From: Paraspadella gotoi
Taxonomy: Eukaryota > Animalia > Chaetognatha
Assembly: GCA_051294375.1 (NCBI GenBank)
Contig: CM119265.1
Coordinates: 23,115,514-23,179,513 of the forward strand
Direction: 5' to 3'
DNA length: 64,000 nucleotides
Positions 48,526-59,944 of this stretch are shown here, one piece after another. Each line of letters begins with the position of its first letter. Within the stretch, counting starts at the first letter, position 1. The notes under the pieces are model-generated. The model did no database searches. It was not told the DNA's origin and was given only the letters and a program-made list of their open reading frames with translations. A program made the position numbers and the translations under genes.

Positions 48526-49687
48526 AAAAGTGATTTTTAAAATCACTTTTGTCATATCCTTATAAAATATTAAATTTTCAAAACGATTTTTTAAAATATT
48601 TTAATAAAGATTCATATTTCTCATAAAAAGTTAGACCAAAAATATAAAACATTTTAACCAAAATTCTAATGTCTTCGTCGTCAAAAATGGGAAAAAAGAA
48701 TTAAATTTTTGATTTTTTTTACTTTCTGTAGTACTACTAGTAGAAACTTTTATATGATGAAGTGTTTTAATTTTTTTTCACGGCCTTAATATTAAAATAT
48801 CACAGAACATATTTTACAAAAGTTTTTTATTTTTATCTGGAGAATCGGCATCTGTTTTTAAAAATTTTAAAATATAATTTTGAAATTTTATGAATTTATA
48901 AGGATAATACTACAAATAAAACTTAACTTCTGTTATTATAACGCTCAAAAATTTTGTAAAGAGAGTGAATTTTATCCTTTACATATACAGAGGCAGCAAA
49001 TAAATATTGTAACATATCCCAATCTTTTCGTCACTCCACCTTACTGCTTACAGCAGATCCCGGCTCTACAATAAGGCGGGTCTAAATTGATCACTTTTAT
49101 CTTTAAAAATTCAGATTTTGAAAAAAAAATTCACAATTTATAGTAATACGATAAACTTTAAATGCTTAAATGTTATTAACTATATATAAAATCTTAAATT
49201 TTTTTAAAATTTCGTCATCCCACAGGGATGCTCTAACGTTATTTATATTACAGAACTCTTAGTTTTTACTTTGTTCCGCCTTACTCTACATTTACATCTA
49301 CAATTCACTCTGTCGGTCCATTCGATGGAATCGTCCAAATGGAAATGAGTAGAAAAAACAAAAGCAAAAATTATGCTTAACTAGAAAATCCGTATGACTT
49401 CATCTTTTTTTTATTTTGTGACGCATTTAAAAGAAAAATTTTAATTGAAGATACTTAACTTAAAGCAATGCGACAAGCACTGCGGCAAAAACCACTCCTG
49501 CCAAAGCAACCAAAAGAATCACAGCTGCTCTTCATAAATGCTTCTGAAAGATTGAGCTATAGCTCGTAGACGGTTTACCCTACGCCATTGATATTTTGGT
49601 TGAAACTCTTATGGGAACATTAACATATTTAGTAGTGGTTTTAAGCTCTAAACCAGCGAAGAGCAAATTCGACCCATGTTGCATTTA

Positions 49688-49934
49688 TGGTGGACTAAAA
49701 TCCACCAACTCCGTTTCGATCAGAGGCCATGTGGTGCCGGAGGCAAGTCATTCGCCTCCCAACCCAAAGGTCCGGGGTTCTAGCCCGGTGGTCGCCTAGC
49801 AGTTAAGAGGGACGGGGCGCTTAAACCCGTCTGTAACATGATGTTATAGCCTGATCCGAAGCTCAGGGACTGATTGCATTGAACGGTTCTGTCATTAACA
49901 CATAACAATAATTACTGTCTCTTCATTGGTGAGC
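49688..49934 (+). mobile_element. Family-1 repeat
   Basis: Full unit, with 3' extension TTGGTGAGC shared with the 42877 copy. Confidence 0.9.
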
Positions 49935-50117
49935 CCGACTTCCGAACACAACAGCATCAACAACACTTTCAGACGACATGCCTCCAACCCTGGCGATGCA
50001 CTTTCCGCCATCAACACATCAGGCGACATGACTCAACTTGGTGATGAACTTTCCACTAACAACAACAATTCACTGAAGAGACGCAACACACTTCTCCCTA
50101 TGGGAGGGGGGGATGTA

Positions 50118-50347
50118 TGGTGGACTAAAATCCACCAACCATTCATCAGCGGCCATTGGTGCCAGAGGCAAGTCATTTGCCTCCCAACCCAAAGGTCCGG
50201 GATTCTAGCCCGGTGGTCGCCTAGCAGTTAAGAGGGACGGGGCGCTTAACCCACCTGTAACATGATGTTATAGCCTGATCCAAAGCTCAGGGACTGCTTG
50301 CATTGAACGGTTCTCTCATTAACACAACAATAATTACTTTCTCTTCA
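50118..50347 (+). mobile_element. Family-1 repeat
   Basis: Full unit; tRNA-like GCGGCCA..TGGTCGC head at ~50149-50221. Confidence 0.9.
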
Positions 50348-51542
50348 CATTCTTTTTAGTAGCGCAGCGTATTGTAAGAGCATGAAAAAAATAAAGCCTA
50401 TATCAGAAATAAAAAAAGTCAGTGATTATTTTAGTGTATTATAAAAAGATATTCAATAACTTTTTGCCTATAAAATCTGATAGTAAATAGTATTCTAAGT
50501 TTTGATTCACTACCCTGTATGTTCGGCTGGAACAGGTTGAAAACGAGAAGTTCTCTCAAATAAATAATGGTTAAGTGACTGTTAGAGATAATGAAAATGA
50601 AAATAATTTTTAAAATTTATCTTATTAATTAGCGCACGGAAGCATTTAAAAATTATTTTATTACTATATAAAGTTTAAAATTTTTTTTTAATTTTTCAAT
50701 TTTTTTTAATAGATTCTGATAGAGCTTTAAAAGTTAGATAAAGGTTATTAATAAATTTTTTTTTTTTATTGATAAAAACTTTAAAAAACTATGAAATTCA
50801 GCCAATGATGATGATGATGATGATTTTTTAAGGTTTTTTCTATTTTTAACAAATTTATTGTCAAAATTTTAAAAAATTGTAGTACTAACCTTCATTTAGC
50901 TTTTTAAGCTCTATAGGAATCCGTTCTTAAAAAGTAAAATTTTTTAAACAAAATTTTGTTATTTGTTATATATTAATAAATATTTAACAGCTTCAGTGCA
51001 ACAACCCAATGAACTAATTCAAAAAGTTGCATTGAAAATCGATTTAGTAATAGAAGGAAAAAAGGAATTTTTTTGAGAGAACTAAAAGTTATAAAAAGTG
51101 TTCAATTTTGGCCCGCCTTACTGTATATATTTACTTTTGCCTTCTTGTCCTTTATATGAAATGTAAATTCATGTTGCAACAACAACTATAACAATTATAA
51201 CAAACACTACAATCAAAACTACCACTACAACCACCACAACTAAAATAACCACCATAAAAACCATATTGACCATAACCTGCATTATCATCAGAAATTCAGA
51301 ATTAAAACAACTACCACATAAAAAAATATAAATTATAAACGTAGTGGGTAAATTATATTAAATAAAAAAGAAATTGCAAGATTAATCATAACTTATCATC
51401 TGATTGACTGCTTCCCGCTAATTGCCCGCGTGCAGATCCGACGTTGTTTGTTTGTTTGCTTGCTCAAACTTTTTACAGATGTAACATTAGTTTTGATGAG
51501 TTTGTTTTATACTCACTATAATACTCACTATATATACTTCAG

Positions 51543-52376
51543 AGACGTTCTTGCCTGAAACGCACGAAGAGTGCCAAGCGCAGTGGAGCATCAGTGCGGT
51601 TCGCCACTCGGACACCGACTGGGTAAGTCTTTTATTTTTTTTGGTTGATTTTGGTTTTTTATTATGTTTTTTGTTGATTAAAGAGAACAAAAACAAAACA
51701 AAACAAACAAACAAATATTTCATTCATGATATTTAACTGAAAATTTGGTTCAGTCGTTCGTAGGAAGCCTAATGTTTTTTTCCGAAAGTTTTAAGTTTGT
51801 GGTAAAGAACATATAACATTCAAGACTAAAATGAGGAAAATTATATGGAAAAAAATTAAAAAAACTGTTTGTTTCTTTTGTACTGATATTCCATATTGAA
51901 AATAAGTATTTAATTAAGTTTTTTAACAATTAAGCCATATTTTATACATTTTATGTATAGTTTTCTCTTAAGCTCAGATACCAATCACTATTAGAGAAAA
52001 AAGACGCGTTCACATAACAAGATGGCTAAATTCAGTCACAGCTTGCATTCACGCTGCCTGACAATATTCCAGGTCGACCAAGTCGGAGAGTCCCTCCGAT
52101 GCGTCAGCGCCGATGGTTCCGCCGGAAATCAGCACCGACCACGTCGACGATCCCTCCTGGGACGACAAGATTAAAGATACGGCGGTGAAGTACGACAGGT
52201 TCATTAGCGATCAACACACCGAGACCTCCGCCTCCGAGATCACCCCATTCGAGATAAAGATGAGGAAAGGACTCAAAGTCCTGATAGGATTGATGACTTA
52301 CCTTTTGCTCACCGCAACTCTCGTTCTCAACAAGCTCTCCATCCTCGCCATGCTCAGTAAGCTCCGCGTTAGTCCC

Positions 52377-52411
<35 letters not shown>

Positions 52412-55400
52412 TCACTCCAAATCAACAGAAGTTTAGGCCGCTATTTTTTTTGTTTACAGCGCTTACGAAATATGAAACTTCTTCAAACGAATCATTAAAA
52501 AGTAGGTTTTGTATAAAATATCAGCAAAAATGTGAAATTTTTAACAATCACCTACTTTCTTTTTCGGTTCCAGTTCTGAGCCAAACGAACAGTTCCCGAA
52601 TAGAAAATCTAACAGGTATGCAAAGTTCGTCTTTGGTTCTCTTTTTTTCTTAAGAATGATAGTTTTTTTTTTTTAATTTAAACTTGTTAAGGCTTTTTTC
52701 CTACTTTTTTACTATTTTCCCCAAATCATAGAAATTGCTTTAACCTTCTATAAAAATTTAAAATTAATTTTTTTTTAAATTTAAACTTGTTAAGGTTTTT
52801 TCCTACTTTTTTACTTTCTTTCCCCAAATCATAAAAAATGTTTTAACCTTCTATAAAAATTTAAAACTTACTTGTTTTACTTTTTTAAGTTCTTAGATTT
52901 GAGATAAGAAAAGTTTTCTTTGTTTTTACAACCAATTTTTAAGGAAAAAATCACAGACATGTTTCGGTCTTAATTTCAGACCTCATCAGTGTGAATTGAA
53001 ATTAAGACGGTGTGGTGGAATATTCATACCACCTCACGTCCACGATCGTTCAGCCAATACCTTTGGCTCAGAGGGGGAACCCACCATCCCAGGCCTTGTG
53101 TTCCACAGTAGACCGAAGTGAAAGTTACATACGAAAATTCTAAATGTCAATTATGAACAACATACTATCAGTGAACCTTAATTAGTAAAGAAAATTAATT
53201 TTATGTTCTTCAATTTTCGAAGTAGGCTATATTTATATATAGTACTATCCTTATAAAATCGAAAAATTTGAATTTTATTTCCTCGTCAAAAGTTGATAAA
53301 AGAAAATATAAATCATTTTAAAAAAATATTTCACTAAGTGGGTTAAAAATTAAAAAAACTATATTTAGTACATAAAATTTTAATTTTCAGCCTAAAATAT
53401 AGGTTTTTTATATATTTGATCAACTTAATGAAAGAATTTTTAAAAAAGAGTTATATTTCTTTATATCAACTTTTCATGACGAATCCAAATCTACAAAAAA
53501 ATCTTACAAAAACTATTTTGAAATTTTAACATTTATTGGATTAGTAGTAGTATAAATATGGCCCACTGCATAAATTGTAAAATTTATTATAAATTGTAAA
53601 ATTTATTATAAATTTTTTTATACATAAATATTCATTATTATAATGTTGTTCGTTCCTCACTTTTAGAATTTTAATTAAAGTTAAATTTAGAATTTTTACT
53701 ATGCTTTAATCCACAGGGTAATCGAGCCAGTAACTGGATGCCTCACGGAGGGACGGAAGCCCCCAGAGTCAACAGTGAGATGCCCCATCCCAGAGATTTT
53801 GTCATTAAAAATTCGTTGTGAAAAACAAAGAAAACTTTTCTCATCTTAAATTCTAAACCACCGAAAAGAAAGGAAAAATATACTAGTTTTTAGATTACAA
53901 AAAAATTTAAAATACATATATTGTTAAATTATTTTTATATCTTTTTTATGTCAATTTTTATTTTCATTTTATAGAGATATTCTTAATCGTGTCCCTCCAT
54001 TTTTCTTTAATTTTCATTCATGTGTTATAAATATAATTTTATAGAAACAATTTTAGTTTAGTCATCACGACGACACACAGAAATGCGAATTGATTTCAAT
54101 TTCTACAGATTCCAAAGTGGAAAGAGGACCTCAACTGATAAAGCATTGTCTCTCCGTCATTGATGACCCCGATGATATTTCATGTTTGCAACCGAACGAA
54201 GTAGCGTCGCTGGGAAGACTTCACTTTTTTTTAATTTTACTCATACCGGCAGTTTTGAACGGTTTGGCCAACGTATTGCGGGTCACTTTCGGAAAAAGGT
54301 CAAGGCCAAAATTAGACGTTCTCTTATTTACGGCGCTGATGGAAATCTGTCATACATTCGGCTCTTGCCTCTTAGTTTATTACGTCCTGCCAAAGTTGAG
54401 TTTGGTTCACGCCATCTTCGCTCTTTGTGGAACTTGTATTTTCCTGCCTTCGATAATCAAGGTTTTCGTAGGAACCTCAAAGAAAGAACGAGGCAGTTTG
54501 ATTCATCCTTTATTAACGTTTCTCGGGTTGTTGATTTGCATTGCTGCTTGTACGGTTTTGTTATTTTTATTTGTTCGGGATAACGTTTTCGTGTATTTCT
54601 TAGTATCGATAATACTCTGTTCTTTCGGTTACTGGGAAAGCTTCGCGGCCGCCGGCGATTCGGGAGATCGCACGGATATCGTGTTTAAGATTTTCGAATT
54701 CTTTTATTATTACGCGAAAGGAACGATTACTGAGAACACTCGTCATTATAACTTACTTTTTACCTCCATAATAAAAACCATTGTCTTAGTTTGTTTTTTC
54801 TCCATCAACGAATCTTTTGAATATGACGAGAATTTAACAAATCAAGACTTTTATTTCAAAACTTCTCAAATTCGATTCGTCACCTACGACAATAATACTA
54901 AGGAAATTTTGCTTTCCTCAAACGCGGTATTCACTTGGTGGATAGCTTTGCTTTCCGCTATTTTCAGCACGCTCGTTGCGTCGTCCACCGTTCAAATGAG
55001 CCTTTATATTTCTTTTTCTGGGTCTCTCTTATTAACAACACCTTTGACCGTTTTAATACTTTATCTTTTGACACACGTAAAAGAATCTTTTGGCGAATTA
55101 GGTTTCTATTTTAATGAAATCAAATTCGATACGGACATTTATTTGTATTCATTCGCCTCGTTTTGGATTCTGCAAATTTGGTTAGCCTACGATTCCATAC
55201 ACCTCAAATTTTTCCGCTATTCCGAACTCGAACGAATCTTCGTTTTTCCGAAATTGTCGCTCTATGCGGAGACTGTTGAACAATTCTTGTTGATGACCAA
55301 GCGGCGAGACGTTAAATTCTACGACAATGCTGTTGGTCAGGACAAAAGAAGAGGTTCTTTCGTTATGACCAGAGTAGAAACGTGGAACAAACAGAGAAAG

Positions 55401-57896
55401 AAAAGGGCCGAATCCAAATCCGTTCCGATTATCTATTGTTGCGGGACGATGTGGCACGAATCGATTGACGAGATGAAGAGCCTGTTGCTCTCCTTGCTAC
55501 GGTTGGACGACGAGAAAAAAAAGGAAACGAAAGAAAAGGAAAAAAAGGATGAAAAAATGAAATACGAGGTCGAGTGTCACATATTCTTTGATGACGCGTT
55601 CAAAGTCGAAACGAAAAACGGACGTGAGGTCGTCGTTCCAAACTCTTATGTCCAAAAGCTTATATCTGTCGTTGATCACATTAGGAAATGGAATCACAAG
55701 CAGATGCGTAGCGCCACGAAATTAATCACTCCCTACGGGGGGAAGATTGTTTGGGTCATGCCCAATGGCACAGAACTGCATGTTCATCTTAAAGACAAAG
55801 AGCTCATTCGTCACAAGAAGCGCTGGAGTCAAATTATGTATTTGCAATACCTTCTTACGTACCGAATACGGAAGAGAATTGACAACCTGAAGAATTTGGA
55901 TCGATTATCTGAGCAAGCGGCGTTCGAAAAGGCTCTCAAGGATGTCTACATCCTTGCGTTGGACGGAGATGTGGATTTCCAACCCGAAGCGGTTTGGCAT
56001 TTGTTCTCCACCATGATGATGAACCCTAAAACGGCCGCTGTGTGCGGAGAAATCAAACCCTTGGGTAATGGCATGATTTACTGGTACCAGCGTTTTGAGT
56101 ATGCTGTTGGCCACTGGCTTCAAAAAAGTGCCGAGCACTCCCTTGGCTCGGTATTGTGCTCTCCGGGCTGTTTCTCGCTGTTTCGTGCGTCGGCCCTCGC
56201 TGACAAAAACGTGGCAGAGACATACTCAAAATTGCCTGAAAAACCAGAGCACTATATTCAGTACGACCAAGGGGAGGATCGCTGGCTCTGCACTCTTCTG
56301 ATTCAAAAAGGTTATGCCGTTGCTTATAACTCAAATTCAATCTCGTATACCAACGCTCCAGAGGATTTTCACGAATTCTATAATCAGAGGCGCCGGTGGG
56401 GTCCATCGACTCTTGCCAATGTAATCGACCTCCTCTCTTCTGCCTCAAAAACGGTGCAAGCTAATGATAACATCTCATGGTTGTACATGATATATCAGAT
56501 GTTCCTGACGATAATTAGCCTCATTGGACCTGCTACAATTTTGCTAGTCTTAGCTCAAAACCTGACCTTTGTGATTAATAAAACGTCGCAAGCAGAATCC
56601 AATGCTGACGTTTCCGCGCCCAGTACAGACTTCTGTCAAAAAGACGCGTCAAACATTGAAACAACTGAGATAATTGTTTTGACTGTTGTGATTAGTGTCA
56701 CTGCTATATATGTCATTCTTTGCAAATTTTTGCCAAGCAATATTCAAATTAATATCGCTTACATATTTACGATCATATCTTCCTTAATGATGTTGGTCGT
56801 TTTCCTAGGAATGATAATCACGATCAAAGAAAAGGTATTTTCTAGTTTGCAGACTTACATGATACTTCTAATCGCGTTTGTGCTGACCGTGTCCGGCATA
56901 TTGCACTTTGCCTTAGTTGATTTACTTTGTGGTTTTATCTATGTACTTTTGATTCCTAGCATGTACCTCTTTCTGACGATTTTTGGGTTCAGCAACTTGA
57001 ACAACGTTTCTTGGGGGACGCGCGAGGCTCCGAAGCCCACCAATAACAACGAGAAAGAGCCGAAGACATTCAAGGCTGCAATGGAGCGAGAGCTTAAGGG
57101 GACATTAACGGGAATCCAAAAAATAATTCTCTCTTTCTGCACCACTTGCTTTCCTTGCATGTTCACAGAATCTAAAATCGTTTTTGAGATTGATAACCTG
57201 AAAACGCAACTCGCAAAGCAGCAAAGGGAAATTAAGAGAATAACGACGACCCAGCCGACGGTCATCCAAAATCCCGAGGACGAAATCCCCGTCAATGACC
57301 GAACGGAAGCGGAATTTCGTCCAGAATCCGCAGCGAGCAGCCCCGACATCGAGCGTGAGGACAGGGGAGACTGGGCCGACCGAAGTTGGCTGAACGATAA
57401 GGATATCTTTGACGAGACCGACGACGAAGGGACCAGAGTCGCCATAGCAACCTTACAAGAAGAGGAGATTTGGTTCTTCCTTTGGCTCATCTCAGCCAAG
57501 CTATATCCTCTGGAAGAGTCGCCCGAGGATATCGAGGAGAAGAAGAGACGCCTGGCCGAACTGAGGGACAAGGTCTGTTTCGCGGTTTACCTGTTGAACG
57601 GGCTCTGGATGCTGACCCTGGTCGTTATTCAAGCGAGCGGCGTCGCCAAGTGGTGCTTTGCCTTTCGCGAAGACGCGTCCGTCTTCAAGGGCGGATTCGA
57701 GATCGACTTTCTCAACTTGATCATGATGATCTTGTTCGGATCCTTGGCTCTCATCCAGTTTTTCTCGATGTGTCACATTCGCTGGTTGGGGTTGAAAGAG
57801 TTGGTTTATGCCACGGAACTCTTAACGACAGAGGACGTTCAAAGGGACGACAGGAGAAATTGGGATTCTTTGGATTCGCGTCTGAGCGCTGCGTGA
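51543..57896 (+). CDS. CHS: Chitin synthase 1 (GT2); exons ~51543-51622 (tentative), 52073-52356, 52460-52501, 52574-52615, 54109-57896
   Basis: CGTMWHE, LDGDVD, QRFEYAVGHW, CSPGCFSLFR, GEDRW, QRRRW, SWGTRE motifs; multiple TM helices; start exon not resolved. Confidence 0.95.
52663..52870 (+). repeat. Tandem duplication of a ~100 bp unit
   Basis: AATTTAAACTTGTTAAGG..AACCTTCTATAAAAATTTAAAA occurs twice. Confidence 0.85.
52893..53878. mobile_element. Penelope-like inverted-repeat element in CHS1 intron, with nested family-3 repeat and AT-rich repeat
   Basis: IR ~52893-52942 / ~53805-53855; tail ACCACCGAAAAGAAAGGAAA resembles 45711-45731; hammerhead in the left arm. Confidence 0.7.
52951..52994 (-). 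ncRNA. Minimal hammerhead ribozyme motif (canonical core)
   Basis: UCACA CUGAUGA GGUCU GAAAUUA AGACC GAA ACAUGU C UGUGA. Confidence 0.85.
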
Positions 57897-59719
57897 GCGT
57901 TTGGTTTCTTGGGTTTAAAACCCGCCCTGATTTTTTTTTTAACTAAGATTGTTAACTCTAATCTAATCTAATCTTGTTAATTCTAATCAGATTTTTAGAA
58001 ATTTCGTTTGATAGCTTGGAGCCCTTCATAGTAGATGTGGGGAAAAAAATCTAGTTGAGTAACTAGAAATGGTATGAGGGACTGATGAATATTCAAAAAT
58101 CATGTGATACTGTATGATTTTAAAATTTATGTATTTTTTTCTCTTTGTTTGTTTCATTGTACCATCGATCATTTTAAAAACCATCCGTAACTTAAAGGAC
58201 AAGATATGTTTTTTTTACTTGGTATCTTATGTTAAAGACCATTAAGGTTATTAAAACTTACCTGCCTTTTTTCTGCTTTCTACTGTATAACAAGCTTTAT
58301 TGGTTTACAAAATTGCTTATACATTACTGATTTTTTATCTGTACATAAATATTTAAAAATATTTAAATTACATAAATGCTGCAAATCTTAATTAATTTGG
58401 AGAAATTAGATCCACTTAAAAAGTAATGTGCGTACTGTCACCACAGAAAAAGTTGAATTTAGTCCGATAAAACTAGACCGAAAAAAATTTGTTCAAGTCA
58501 GCCATATAGACAGATCAATTGTGACAACAGAAATATTTACCCCGCAATAAATATTCTCACTATTCAGCAAAAAATAGAAAATTCGAGCATTATTATATAA
58601 CTTAGAATCTTAATTAATTTGGAATTTAAAATCGGATGTCACGTTTTTTTTTAATTGCGGCAACGAGTCACGTTTTTCTCCAGCGTGAGATTGATTAAGG
58701 ATTTCGAACCTTCGTTTCTGGAATGACGACTTTTAGAATTTCAGGTTTAACTCCCGAGGTTGTCGTTGTTGTTGTGACTCCGAAGAGAGTAATGAGAATT
58801 TTATTTCATATTAATAATGATACAGTAGCAGACATCAGCAACAAAATAAACCAAATAAATAAAAACAGAATTAAGAGGTTAACGTGAAGGGAAACTAATC
58901 TACGAGATCATTTCTGTATTTTCATAGAAATAAGACAGTAATGTACTTGTGTTTATAGTATTTCTGGTTTTGTTTATCAAAAAGGACATGACTAAGAAAT
59001 TTTTTTCTTTCTATTGCCGCGGGAACCGAACGTGATAAACAATAGGGTAGTTCACGATCAGGAAGCGAACGCGCATCCTAAGCGTTGACAAGTCAGAGTC
59101 TTCCCAGTTAAGACGTCAAAACGCCCTTCGGGACTTCTTCGGGTCTCATAAATCGCTCGACAGAAAAATCCTCCACGTAAAGGATTCCAGACGAGTTGGA
59201 AAGATTGTCGATGATTATTAACTAATGATTTGTGGATAAGAAGTTGGAATAAGTGTTACAATTAATGTTTACCTCGCACTTAAGATTGAGGACACGCGGG
59301 CTCTTTTTAACGTTTTCCGCAACTTAGACATGGCAACCAAAACAAGGGGTAGAAAATGAAACTAAAAAAAAAAAAACCTGTTTAAATAAAGATAAAATAC
59401 TTTTTTCGATGGAATTACCACCGTCGTCTGGTTTTATTTTTTAAAGTCTTTAATCTTAATTGAAAATGAACAAGTTTTTTTTTTTTTTTAGCTTTTTGTT
59501 TTTAAGTTTGAATTGTTGTAAACGTTTTGCGCTAAAGATTACGTAAACCTTAACTTTTTATAAGATATGAGTGGAGAATCTGGAGATAGTCAACGACCGG
59601 TAAATTTAGTTTTTTAAATTTATATTATAATTCTTAACAATAATTTTGTAACTCTTTAATTATATATTGACTTGTATTCGTTTTCATACATTGCCATTGC
59701 CTGAACTTTATTTTTTCAG

Positions 59720-59903
59720 ATGACGAATTCCATGACGTCGTCGCTCAGAGTCAAAGAAAATGAAGAAGAAAACAAAGAGTAAATAATTATTAAGATAATA
59801 TTAATGATAATATCGTTAATACTAGTACTCCAGTATTTAAAGTAAAAATTTGAAAAAAAAGTTTATATTTGATAAAAGGGGGAGCAGGTAGAGGGCAGTG
59901 GAA

Positions 59904-59944
<41 letters not shown>

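Larger units (their letters stand above)
49069..51123. mobile_element. Tc1/mariner-type non-autonomous element with TA flanks
   Basis: TIRs TA-CAATAAGGCGGGTCTAAATTGATCACTTTT / AAAAGTGTTCAATTTTGGCCCGCCTTACTG-TA; contains two family-1 copies. Confidence 0.7.

Noticed and set aside
50149-50221. Functional tRNA gene (Gly-CCC-like) in family-1 heads
   Set aside because: D-arm and anticodon stem are imperfect, the T-loop is non-canonical, and it always sits inside the repeat; treated as tRNA-derived
54090-54108. ORF-track start of CHS1 at 54090
   Set aside because: TTG start lies in an intron; the acceptor TTCTACAG at 54108 joins upstream exons in phase
54182-57946. Alternative-frame and antisense ORFs over CHS1 (and 32153-32791 over the kinase)
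   Set aside because: Shadows of real coding sequence with no independent motifs
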